A DNA stretch of 64,000 nucleotides from Utricularia gibba (taxonomy: Eukaryota > Plantae > Magnoliophyta), in the NCBI GenBank assembly GCA_002189035.1, contig NEEC01000004.1, forward strand, positions 3,720,001-3,784,000. The letters are read 5' to 3'. Position numbers and translations under genes: made by a program. Every line of letters begins with the position of its first letter. Within the stretch, counting starts at the first letter, position 1. The notes beneath the pieces are model-generated. The model was not told the DNA's origin. It made no database searches and was given only the letters and a program-made list of their open reading frames with translations. Below are positions 52,085 to 64,000 of this stretch, piece by piece.

Positions 52085-55000
52085 ATGGAAGAGCGAAAAA
52101 TGTTTAAGTCGGCGAAACGAGAGATCAAGGTTGTATTTAAGCTACACTTTCATGCCGCTAAGGTATTGTCACCAAAATCTGTTTCGGGTTTGGCAGGTGT
52201 CCTGATTTGTGCCAAAACAACAAAATCTCCTTCTTTTCCTTTGTTTCTTGAACTTTTTTTAGGAATACATTTCAGTGTTGCATTTTAGTGGGATCTGTCC
52301 GCGGTTGTTTCTTTCAACACTCTCTGGTTTTTTTGTGCTGCATCGAGTAAAGCTCATTGGAGTTATCGTCTTGCTTCTTTTTGCTGCTGAATGGGGGGAA
52401 AATATGCACCATAAGAGGATGCCTGCAGGTTTTCAACAACTTCTTGGAATGATAATCTGCTTTTTGAATCTGTAGGTTCCATCAGTTGGGGAGGATTTTT
52501 TGACTGTGTCTGTTGTTCCGGGAGATGCTGGCAAACCGAGTGCGAAATCGGACAAGTCGATACTTCGCGAGGGAGCTGCCTCTGGAGAATCCTGTCTATG
52601 AAACTGCAAAGTTCAATCGTGATCCGAAATCGGGAAAGCTTCATGAAAAGATATACTACTTTGTTATAGGAGCGGTGTGAAGTCATTTTTCTTTGTGTAC
52701 ATATCCTCTTGGTTGTTGTCTCTGCACCCAGGAGCTTCATTTGAATTGCCTTTACAGGGATCATCGAAATTCAGAGTGGTGGGAGAAGCCTCCCTTGATC
52801 TTTCAAAATACGTAGAGGCAAGTATGGTCACACGAGTCTCTCTTCCTCTCAAGCTGTCAAAAGCTGAAGCAGTATTGAATGTGAGTAGAGTGTCTTTTCT
52901 CTCTCTGTTTTCGATATTCATCGAAAATGCTGTTCATTGCTTTCTTTTGTAATCCAAACGGAATCAGGTGTCGATCCAAAGGATGCAGATGTTCAATGAC
53001 CACAGGTGCTGTGTTGTTGATGCTCTTTCTTTTTCATTTTTTAGCAGGGATGAGATAAGAAGGTTTTATTTACCTGTTGCCTCTCCAGGATGGCTGAAGG
53101 AGGTGAGATTGTTAATTTGATTTACAGGATCAAAGCTTGAGGGCCGAAATGAGCAACGGAGATATGAATGAAACTCTCAAAAGCAATTCAGATGTAACAT
53201 CCACTTTCTCTTCTGTATCTCTCATGGTTTCTGTAAGATACTGAAAGATGATCCTCATAAGTTTTTGGTTCTCAACAGAATGCACCCATTAATAAGTCAT
53301 TGTCACGAGTATCCACTTTAAATGGGAACCGGCGGGCATCGAGTGGCTCTGATATAACCATTTCAAGCTCCGGAAGCAGCTCTGGGATTGAAATCCCCTG
53401 GCAACCACAATCAAAGAGCAGCAGCTTTCATCAGGGGCTGAGTGCAGATTCCAAAACTGCAGTGCATGAAGAAATTCAGAGGACACAGTGGGAATGGCTA
53501 GGAAACTCTGGTCTAGATGGGAGCACAGATGATGCGCTGAGCACTCCTAGAGAAAATGTTGTGGGGCTTACCATGGACGATGCACCGGATGTTGCAGTGG
53601 AGAAACTCAGGTCCGAGCTTGCCATTTTGTCCAGACAAATGGGGATGTCAGATTTGGAACTGCAGACTCTCCGTAAGCAGATTGTGAAGGAGAGCAAAAG
53701 AAGCCAGGAACTTTTCAGAGAACTCGTTTGCTTGAAAGAGGAGCGTGATTCGTTGAGGTTGGAATGCAGAAAACTCAAGCTTTCTGAGCTACATGCGGAT
53801 GGTGAGGGAAATGGTGAACACGTGGGAGTTGGAGATAAATATGAAGCTATTCTGGAGCAACTTAGAGAAGAGATAAGCCATGAAAAGGCCGTCAGTTCCA
53901 ATCTCAGGATTCAGCTTCAAAAGGCCCAAGAATCAAATTCTCAGCTTCTTCTTGCAGTTCAGGACCTCAATGAAATGCTGGAACAGAAGAATCAGAATTT
54001 ATTGGACCATAAAAATGGATGTTTAGAGAGGCCAATTGATCAAGAACCCCACCAAGCTGTATCCAGTAATCGAATGGATTATGAAGATGTTGACAAAGAG
54101 CAGAAAGCTCTGGAGGAGCTTGTGAATGAACGTGGTGGCAGCAAAGATGTTCATGAAGGGCAGATCATGCGCATATGTGATGATTTGGAAAGGTACAAGC
54201 GGGACAAAGATGAACTAGAGATGCAGATGGAACAGCTAGCACTTGACTATGAAATAATGAAGCAAGAGAATCATGAGATGGCCAATAAGCTTCAGCAGGT
54301 TCACCTTCGAGAACAGCTGAAAATTCAATATGAATGTTCATCCTCTTATGCTGCTACGCTAGAACTTGAATCCCAGATAGAGAAGCTTGAAGACAAGCTG
54401 GCAAGTCAAGTGAATGAGTACCAAGCCGCATCAGTGAGAATAAGGGATCTGGAGGATCATGTGAAAATGTTGGAAGATGAAATTGACAAGCAGGCACAAG
54501 GATTTGAAGCTGATCTTCAAAATGTCATGCGGTGTAAAATTGAGCAGGAGCAGAGGGCAATAACAGCTGAGGAAGCATTGAGAAAGGCACGATTGCGTAA
54601 TACCAACATGGCAGAACGGCTTCAAGAGGAATTTAGAGTGCTCTCAATGCAGATGGCGACAACTTTTGAGTCGAATGAGAAACTGGCATCAAAATCATTG
54701 GCTGAAGTTAGTGAACTGCGTAATCAGAATGCATGTTTGGAAGAAAAGATAAAAAAAGCTTCTGAAGAAAACCAGTCCATCAAGGACCAGTATGAGAGTA
54801 GATTGGAGCAGCTTTCCTGCCAAGTGAGCTCATTGGTGAATGAAACGAGTAAATTACAGTTTGAACTTTCGGATCGAGAAGCACAACTGCAGAGACAAAA
54901 GAGCAATGGGGAGAAAACTAAAAGGCTTCTGTCAGATGAAATTTCAAAGCTCAAGAAGGAGAATGAAGCACATTTAACAAAGATTAGACTTTTCTCTGCG

Positions 55001-56175
55001 GAGACGAAGGTTAAAGAGAATTTGGTGAATGAGGAGCATCTACGAGTAGAAATGAAAGAAAAAGAACGAAATGAACCTGGAAACATAGTTATGCCATTGA
55101 AAAAAGATGCTCAGATGTCACAGAAAGAGATAACTAATGCGAAGGTTGCAGAAAAAGATTCTGCAGTTATTAGTCTGCGTTCGGAGCTGGATTCTCTTCG
55201 GTCCCAGAACAAAGAATTACAGAACCATATATCTGAGAATAAGATAGAGAATGGCAACTTGAATAAGCAAGTTGCTCATTTGAAATGTGAGCTAAAGAAA
55301 AAGGAAGACAGTTTAATCAGCATGGAGAAGAAGATGAAACACGGCATTGGTCATCGATTATCTTCTGATGCAGTCAAAGCAACTCCAAAACCTGGAACAC
55401 GTGGCTCCAAAGAAGTTGGGAATCTAAAGATGAAAATCAAGTTACTGCAGGTAAATCATCTTGTTGTCCCTCTTCATTGTAGCAGTTTGAAATGGTTGAC
55501 CTATATTTTGATTATATTACAACTAGGGCGATCTTAAGTCAAAAGAAAATGCTCTTGAAATGGCAAGTAAAGCTTCTCTGGAGAAGGAAAATAATCTTCT
55601 CAGAAAAATCCAAGAACTAGAAGGAAAAATTGATGCGCTCAGCAGGAACAGTATCCCTTGTCCTAATGCTGTTGAAAAGGTTGGTGAACCTGCGTCTTTC
55701 ACTTTTCTTTAAGGCATATGGTGGAAACTCTTTGAGATAAGCAGTTGATTTCTAATTTACACTATTATTTCCGATTTGAGATACTGACAAATAGTGAACT
55801 ATTATTGCTTTCCTAAATGACTTTTTGGTTCCAGACAGCTGATCTAGTGCATGGCCAGGATGTATCAATGATAAATAGTCATCAAGATTCAAATGCTGTA
55901 AGCAGGTAATGTTGGTTCTCTTGCGTCATCAACAATACAAATGAATGGTCTTGTTTTCTCACTTTTGACTTTCCAGAGAGGTTAATGGATTTCATGATGA
56001 TCCAACTAGAGAAACTGCGCAGCTGAAGGAGAAGAACAAGCTAATGGAAACAGAACTGAAGGAAATGCAGGAGAGATACTCAGAAATAAGTCTCAAGTTT
56101 GCAGAAGTAGAAGGGGAGAGGCAAGAACTTGTAATGAAAGTTCGAAGTCTCAAGAACTCACAGAAGGCTTCGTAA
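52085..56175 (+). CDS. NT-type C2 (EEIG1/EHBP1) domain coiled-coil protein (At1g63300/At5g41140-like), multi-exon; duplicated start region and two apparent -1 indels in exon 2
   Basis: MFKSAK...IKVVFKLHFHA, ENPVYETAKF, GEASLDLSKY, EKLRSELAILSRQMGMSDLELQTLRKQIVKESKR, LKIQYEC, C-terminal ELKEMQERYSEISLKFAEVEGERQELVM. The start could be 52068, 52085 or 52100. Confidence 0.88.
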
Positions 56176-57668
56176 AAATCTCAGAAAATTCCACTACACG
56201 AGTACGAGATGCAAGAAAGCATTGGATTCATATTACATAATGTTTATATGTACAGAGAGGTGGATGGAACATCAACTCGCCACATTCCATGAGTGTTTGT
56301 GCTCTACCGGGTTTTAAAGAGACCAGTTGAAGGCTAGAGGCTGTAAGCCACTTGGTTTGATCTCGCATAGTATCGCTTCCAAAATAAGTTCCTTGTAAAT
56401 GGCTTTTGCATGTTTATTCGTGTGGATATATGATGGATGGTTCATTCATTTTGTGAAAAACTTTAAATTTTTATTGCTAGAACTGTTGTAGCATAAACAT
56501 AACCATCAAGAAAACAGTGTTTGGGAGACCGGGGAGACCGAAGATCAGGGTGAGAAGGCCCTTGGTCGAAACAGAGTCTTGCAATAAAGCTATTGAGAGA
56601 GATGCACCTAAGAAACAAATATCCCATTAGTCATGTTTGGACATAATAGACCTAGGTACGGAATGATTGGGAAGAAAAGTGATGACATTGGATGTGGAGC
56701 ATGTTGAAAGAGACCATCAATGGAGTAATAAGATAACACGGAGTGATAAGGATAGGGAAAATTAGGCGTTTGACTTATCTATACAAAACCATTAGAATCA
56801 CATTATAGTTGATGTCATGTAAACCTATGTAATATAATCAATCCAATATATCACTTTGATCAAAGTCTATTCATAATAGTGGAGAAAGGAGGGTCGAGAT
56901 AATATTTTTTTTCTCCACACTTTTAGACCTAAGTGATCATAGGTTATAAAAAGAATTATTTGCAACTGTTTTATGAATGATTACAATCTTTTTCTTCCTT
57001 TCAAAACATTATAATCTTAACTTCTTTAAAACTCGTGGGATGCATTGTTGACTTGAATTTTCATAAATAGAAGATCATCATTAGGATATTATTGTTCTAT
57101 GAGATGTTTGAACAGGAAGTACTCAAAATAATGTCTAAAAGATCTAAATAATACATACTTTGGAAGAAAACATACAAAGGGATGAAGAGTCCTTTAGTAG
57201 GAGATATCTAGTAACCTAGCATTTGGGGTGTACAGAATCCAACAAAAGTAAAGTAAATCTAATACGTGGAGACTCTCATTTGTCATATATATGAACATAA
57301 ACCAAAAAACCTTGACTCTCAAGGGATGCAAAGATGAGCATCCTTGAAGCAAAAACTAAGTTTACACCCACAAATGTTCCTTCTTTCCATTAGATATTTG
57401 AACATTAGCTAGAAAACCTTTATTCGAATAATATCTATCCAGAAGGAAGTGTCCAGACAAGGGCACCAGTGTAGTGTTTGCAACAAAGAACGCCTCAAGG
57501 ATAATGGGCATAGAGTAACACAATCCATGACTTACTTTTCAAAGATATCAAGCAATGCAACAAACTTTAATCCATGCTTGAATTCACATGCATGTCATAT
57601 TTCATAAAAAAAAATCTCAAGAAAAGATATGCCCTTAACTCTTAACTAGTTTTTGAGAGAGTTCTTCT

Positions 57669-60600
57669 TGATCAGAAGCTCTGAAAACTTCTCGTTGAAA
57701 GAAAAGCCGTATCAATGAAAGCTGTACAAAAAATCCTATTTATATCTACTAAAAACTAACTCTAATAATTGTACATAAAAGTCTACAAATTGTTCGACTC
57801 ATTTTGTTTGGTCTCTGTTTTGAGGAAAGATAAATTGATTATTCTTTACTTGTTTTCTTCTCAATACTCCCTCCTCAAGCGACATTTGGGATAGATCACA
57901 AAGGCCAAGCTTGCCAATGAAAGAAAGAAAGTGTGGAACACTCAATAATTTTGTAAAGATATCAAAAAGCTAGGAGTAGAAATTAATAAAACGACTAGAG
58001 AGAAATTCTACCTTGCATTGATCGCACACTATATGACAATCAACTTCTATATGCTTGGTTGAAAAACATGATTAGATGATATTTGCAAAGCGGCTTGATT
58101 GTCATACCATAAAGATATAGGTACATTAAGAGAAATGGTCATATATTTAAGGAAATAACGGATCCATTGTAATGCCACTATAGTCAAAGTCATACTACAA
58201 TACTTTGTCTCAATCAATGAGCGAGGAACTATGAGTTGTTTTTTGGCTTTTCAAGAAATGAGAGATTTACCCAAGAAAATGCAATAACTTGAAATAGATC
58301 TTTATGTATTAGGGCATGTTCCCCAATCCACATCATAATTACCTTCCAAAGTTAATTTTGAGCTAACAGGAAAAAAGAGTTTTTTAGTGAGGGTTCCATT
58401 TAGGTAATGAATAAGTCTTTTGACAATGATCCAGTGAGCAGCAGCTTGATGCTATAAATATTGATTAAGTTGCTATGTAACAAACAATAATTTGGTTTCA
58501 TAAAACCTAGATAAAGTAATCTATCGACAAGTCTTTTATAAGTAGAGTTATTCACCATGTCTCTCTCATTAAGCATAGGGAATTTATGATTTCGAGGAAG
58601 AGGTGTACATACTGGAGAAGAATCAATTAAGTTCAAATCCTTAACAATGTCTACAACAAATTTATATTTTGAAAGATAGAAACCAACTCTCGAGCATTGA
58701 AGCTTTAATTTAAGAAAAATATAGCATCTCCAAGATCTTTAATGGTAAATAACTTATGGAGGTATTGCATAATTGAGATGATTATTAAAAGATTTGAACT
58801 TGATAAAAGTATGCCATTGACATAGATAATGAGAAAAGCGGAAATCTTATCCTTTTAAAGGGTAAACAAACAGCTATCATCTGAAGATTGTTGACACAAT
58901 TTAATTAAAGCTCTAATTGATTCAATCAGAATGAGCGGAGTGAAAATGAGAATCAATAAAATCTAGAATATTTACAAGTATCTCATGACTCATCATTTAA
59001 GCTACAAGAAAATGACATATGTGAAAAAATGTTAGAAGCAAGATGCCCTAGACAGCAATGTCAAAGAGCATGTGAAACAAATACAAGATTACAAATTGAA
59101 GTACTTCTAAGTGTAGAATAACATGTCATATTGTTCAATAAAGATCCATAGTATTCATATAGAGAATCACAAGCAATTGAAGATAATATCTTATTCAACA
59201 CATTAGTATAAGTAGCCAAAACATTTGATCAAAAGGAGCACTGATCTGATATGAACAATTCCTGCCTCAAATGCCCCATCCTTAGCAATGAATTACTCTG
59301 TAGGTCATGTAACATATAACATGTACCATAATTAAGTACTTGGATATTATCATTGGCTATTGCACTAACGAACAACAAGGTGAACTTGAAGTATGGAACA
59401 AAAAGGATAGATTTTAGAATAAAGGATTTGAAATTGGAATGCTTCTAAATTGTTGTACAAGAATTGATGAGCTATTTGGAAGGGAGACAAAATAAGGAAC
59501 ATTGGCATTTATCTTGGATTGAGAAGAAGTTTGATGGAAACACATGTAGATAGTAGCTTCTATATCTATAACCTATTCCCTACAATATTTATGTTTATCA
59601 CTTATAAAAAAAACAAGCATTTCAAAGTAGCAACATGATGCATAATATGCTTGTAAATATTACCACCAGCGTAATCAATAGCGGGGATAAAGAGATTACT
59701 TATAAAGTCACCAAAACGAACAAAATTAGCTTTGGTTTGCTACTGCTCCTATTTTCCAATCAATCTCAATAATTTCATAACTTCCTATCTTATAAGGTTT
59801 GTAATATAAGTCGAAAGAGTGGATATTGAAATGTTAGATGATGTCCTTACAATATTCAATGGCTCAATAATAACTTCGCAATGCTTAACATTTACATTTC
59901 CCACATAATAATGAACAACAACAATAATAGATTTGATGTATTGAATACAATTTTTTATACTTTTTCTTGAGATAGGTTGTCCAATCTTTTGTTGATAAGC
60001 ATAATACCAATTAAGTAATTCGTCCATATTATTGAAATAAGATTCTTTGGTATGTCTTGTTGATGACGTATTGTACAATAATACTCTTTTTTTATCTATT
60101 GATTTAGAGAGAGATTTATCAGGATAAAAGTTCTCTTTATTGAATGGCTTTGCTAATAAGGTTGAGCTAGATATCATACTATCTTTATGAAATTTTCTCT
60201 CAATATTAAATAAAATCACAAAAGACTTATTAAAACTAGGGGTATGATACATTGCTTCAATTAAGCTCTTATTGATCATGTAACTTTCATTCAAAATTAT
60301 AAGAAAATGATTCAACTTGATCATATTCAAACTCAAATTGTTTTTCAATTCCGTATCACATGAACTGCATTTTTGAATTGGGAGGCGACCTTCTATCTCT
60401 TACCATATCTCTTGAGTTTTCAAGTAATAATTAGTGATATTCATTGCACTCTAAACCAAAAATCTTAGGTAACAAGTGAAAGATAAAGATAGTACTTATT
60501 TTTTTCCAAAATGTACTTTTAATGAAAGCCATAAATGTCTATTAGTGAAAACTTTATTAAAATTTCTCATAAGATCAATAGACATATTGCTCAACAACCA

Positions 60601-61178
60601 ACCTCAAACCAAACTATCACCTCAACACTATGCTTGAAAATTGAAATCATTAGCATTAAGTATTGGTAATTTCCATTGATAAAATCAGTTTTATCTTTGT
60701 AATCCAATGCTAATAGAACTGTTCTACTTCACTCTGAAAAGTTCTGTGAGGTTAATGTAAAATTTACCAATATTGTACCTAGGTTATTTGAACTGAAAAT
60801 AAAATAAGGATCGATATTAATAAAAGCCATATCTGTAACATTGGTAATAACTTTCGAAGAAGCTCAATGAGACATCAATGTTAAAGTAAACTTCATGAAT
60901 GACTAAACCATACAACCCACACAACTAGCTGTTGAAATAATGAATTGATTCAATATCAGATTGTTGCGATTGCCTTTGATACTATGTTTAGAAGCTTTGA
61001 AAAATTCTTATTGAAATAAAAACTGAATGGTAGCAATACAAAAGATCGTATTTATACCTACTAAAAATTAACATTAATAATTGTACATAAAAATCTACAA
61101 ATAGTCCAATCCCATTTTTTTTGGTTTCAGTTTGGAAAGAGATAAATTAATTATACTTTACTTGTTTTCTTCTCAATA
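57669..61178 (-). mobile_element. Old degenerate Ty1/copia LTR retrotransposon with short (about 195 bp) LTRs
   Basis: Diverged direct repeats 57669-57866 and 60985-61178; degenerate tRNA-Met PBS (CTTTGATACTA vs CTCTGATACCA) at about 60974-60984; PPT GCTTGAGGAGGGAG; RT relics LIIYVNGIL and YKRLVDRLLYL; RNase H relic DNQAALQISSNHVF..KHIEVDCH; near-TSD CTTCT/TTTCT. Confidence 0.85.
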
Positions 61179-61991
61179 TTTCTTTTTTTAATATGAACAA
61201 AAATGATTATAGTTTTTTTTTAGTTTTTTAAATTATCATATTATTTTGTTTTTCATTCTGTATTTAAAAAACCACATTCAAAATGGAAAACCTTGATTGA
61301 TTGTGGACTCCAAATACAAATGGAAAACGGTGATGGAAACGTGCGATTGCACAAATTACAGGCTCCTTGGAATTCTGAAGATATTGTGGAAATATTCTTG
61401 TGGTCCTTGATTAAACGGAAATATCGGGATGTCACCTTTTCTCACTGAAATTTTTCGGCTGCCACATATCTTTTGAATATTTGTTATCTGCCCAACTATT
61501 CATGGAAATTAGTTTCTGCCCCTAGAATTCCGGAAAATTCTCCTTGTTGTCATCCGCCCCCATTTAAATGAAAAGAGAACCTCTTCGTTCTCAAGTGTAG
61601 ATATCTGATCTGCTGTGTTGGGTTTGCTTCGGTTCGTTCGGCTATTTTTTCCATTTGCATTGTGGCTGCTACACCGGCAACCTCAAAGGCAATAGGTTTT
61701 CATGATCTCGCATCGTCTTCATTTTATGTGATTGAACTCCAGGGAGTTCGTGGTTTTCATAAGGGATCGTGGGTTACTCGAACTACCGCGCATCTCTAGG
61801 ACTTCTGCTCATTTCGTTTGTGAGGTTACCGTTTTGATCTAATTGTCCAGAGCTGCTCTATTTTTAGATCCGATCTTGCTCGCCATTGGACCTGCTGTTA
61901 GGGTGCTGCTGTATGAATTTTGGGAATTGGGTGTTAGGGATTTGTGTTCTTTCAACACGATTAATTAATTGCCACAGCGCATCTGTTCTGT

Positions 61992-63050
61992 ATGGCGAAT
62001 GCGTGGAGGCGAAACCACTCCAATGCAGGAGCATTTACAGCGAAAAATCTTCTGCTCTTGGTGTCAATTTCTGTGATCTTTATTTTTCTTTATCTATCAA
62101 CTCAGTCTGCTAAAGACCTGAAGCTAGTTCACAACAGTACCCATGAAGAAACAGTCTTGTTAAGACCCATTAACCCATTCAATTGCCACATGGCACCACA
62201 AGCCCACCCAGTCTTCGCCAACATTGTTGAGGGACTCAAGTTCCCTTTTCTATATTCTCTTTCGGACTTTGGGAATCTGCCGGATAAACCCCACAAGAAC
62301 ATCGTGAGGATGCTCAAGGGGAAGCCTTTTAGGAGACCTGATATATCTGCGACAGTGCAGGAGCTGTTGGAGAAGATGAAGGCAGAAAACAGACAAGGGA
62401 TTTTCGTGGATGTTGGTGCAAATGTTGGAATGGCAAGCTTTGCCGCTGCGGTTATGGGATTCAAGGTGCTGGCTTTTGAGCCTGTTCAGGATAACCTGCA
62501 GAGGATCTGCGATGGAATATATCTAAATCGAGTCGCGGAATTGGTGCAAGTTTTCGAAGCTGTGGCTTCTGACAGTGCAGGGAACATCACATTCCATAAG
62601 GTATTTCTGTAACCTTGATGCCCTTGGTGACTTCTTTATGTGTGCATTGCTTTGAATTGTGAAAGAGTGTCGTTGTGGTGTATCTAGTTGGTTGGTCGGC
62701 TCGACAACAGCGCTGTCTCAGCAGCCGGAGCCAAGATGGCTTTCAAGTCGAACGAAGAGATCGCAGTGGAGGTTCGATCCATTCGTCTAGATGAAGTAAT
62801 CCAAGACTCCGAGCCTGTGCTCCTTCTCAAGATAGATGTTCAGGGATGGGAGTATCATGTCCTGAATGGCGCATCAAAGCTACTGTCAAGAAAAAATGGC
62901 GCCCCTTACTTGATCTACGAGGAAGACGAGCGCTTGCTGCAAGCAAGCAACAGCAGCTCCCAACAGATACGCCAGTTTCTCAGCTCTTTAGGCTACAACC
63001 AGTGCACACAACGTGGCACTGATGCACATTGCACAAAATCAGTCGACTGA
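61992..63050 (+). CDS. FkbM-family SAM-dependent methyltransferase with N-terminal membrane anchor (At2g26680-like), 2 exons
   Basis: VDVGANVGMASFAAAVMGFKVLAFEP, LLLKIDVQGWEYHVL, QAHPVFANIVEGLKFPFLYSL; intron about 62601-62687. Confidence 0.9.
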
Positions 63051-63228
63051 ATGAATGTCTGTTTGGTTCAACTTCCTCTATTTAACATAGAAGCCATGCT
63101 TTTTTTAATGAAGGTTCTTATTTCATATGGCATATAGTTGCGGTAACATAAGACTGTCATTGCAAGAACACATTTTTATTACTACCAGTGACGGGCACCG
63201 CGGTAGCAGCACCACGGGTAGAGTATCA

Positions 63229-63564
63229 TCACTCGGAATTGCATTCGTAGTTGCAGTAACACATAGGAGCTTGAGTAGGGAGACTATCACAGTAGCCTCG
63301 CCCATCGGGGGAATGAAGGTCCAAGCATTTGTGAATGCAGTCGTCTTCGGATACGCACATTCCTAATCCAATCGTACATTTCCCCATTCTCTTGTCCGTG
63401 TTCTCGGCATTCGCAACATCTGCAGGAACAAAAACAAGAAGGATTTCTCATCGCTGCTCCTATGCGTGTCCAGTTCTCAATTTCAAAGACGCTCCCAACT
63501 CACCAGCAGCACACAGGAGAGCGAGGAGGAGGAAGACGAGTGCTGAGGTAGAAACTCTGGCCAT
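63229..63564 (-). CDS. Defensin-like (DEFL) secreted cysteine-rich peptide, 83 aa, 2 exons
   Basis: Exon 1 (63564-63504) encodes signal peptide MARVSTSALVFLLLALLCAA. After a phase-1 GT-AG intron, exon 2 (63419-63229) encodes DVANAENTDKRMGKCTIGLGMCVSEDDCIHKCLDLHSPDGRGYCDSLPTQAPMCYCNYECNSE*. TATAAAAA at 63614-63607. Confidence 0.9.
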
Positions 63565-64000
63565 GGCTCCACAAGTCGGTGATGTTCACTCCATTTTCAC
63601 GTCCTCTTTTTATAGTGACATGATGCCTTCACGTATTTGGTAATTGAAACACGATTAACTTAAGAATTTCGTAGGATTGTAAAAAGGATTCTTCTCTCTT
63701 CCAGATTTACACTATTCCGTCAACCTTAATTAAATAAATAGTGAGAATTTTCGAGGATTATTGGGTCAATTATTTGACCTAATGAATTTTCGTTTGATAA
63801 TACAAAAATGTTTTTTTGTATTAAATAAACACATTAGTCCTATGTTTGGTTATAAGTAGATTATGAATTAAATAATAATATTATTATTATTTATTTCTTA
63901 AACCATATTGAAATATAAATTTATGTATCATATGTGTTTCAATAATCTCATAGTTTGAAAATGTAACATTACTATACTTACTATAAAAGAATTTTCACTT

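Noticed and set aside
56518-56875. LTR-like block starting TGTTTGGG after the NT-C2 gene
   Set aside because: No clean CA end or matching TSD.
59785-60348. 187-aa minus-strand ORF
   Set aside because: Degenerate interior of the copia element (AT-rich integrase-region relic), not a host gene.
63306-63322. GGGGAATGAAG matching part of the miR166 complement
   Set aside because: It lies inside the DEFL exon on the opposite strand and lacks the central CCTG; no hairpin.

Overview
Plant (eudicot) nuclear euchromatin: about 17 intron-containing or intronless protein-coding loci interspersed with transposon relics. Genes in order: a U11/U12 snRNP-25K-like ubiquitin-fold gene with an in-frame TAG, PII1/MRC, a KEG-like kinase, DEAD-box helicase RH20, a type I (M-alpha/AGL62-like) MADS-box gene, an At1g55160-like membrane protein, a CHUP1-N-terminal-like coiled-coil gene, an OXS3-like gene, a rhodanese/CAS-like pseudogene, a GATA factor, long-form tRNase Z, a small membrane protein head-to-head with COX19, PnsB3, an NT-C2 coiled-coil gene, an FkbM methyltransferase, and a two-exon defensin-like peptide that the ORF track missed. 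Transposons whose ends and target-site duplications (TSDs) I could trace: a hAT MITE, three solo LTRs, a deleted Tat-type gypsy element keeping an antisense ORF, and an old copia. No tRNA, rRNA, CRISPR or convincing miRNA hairpin was found. I see no clearly new multi-gene system. The best leads are the hidden defensin-like gene, a start-codon duplication in the NT-C2 gene, a solo LTR just 3' of the MADS gene, and the Tat antisense ORF. Major caveat: at least eight single-base deletions in short homopolymers break otherwise intact conserved genes, which points to assembly consensus error. All family assignments come from recalled motifs and hand translation, not database searches.
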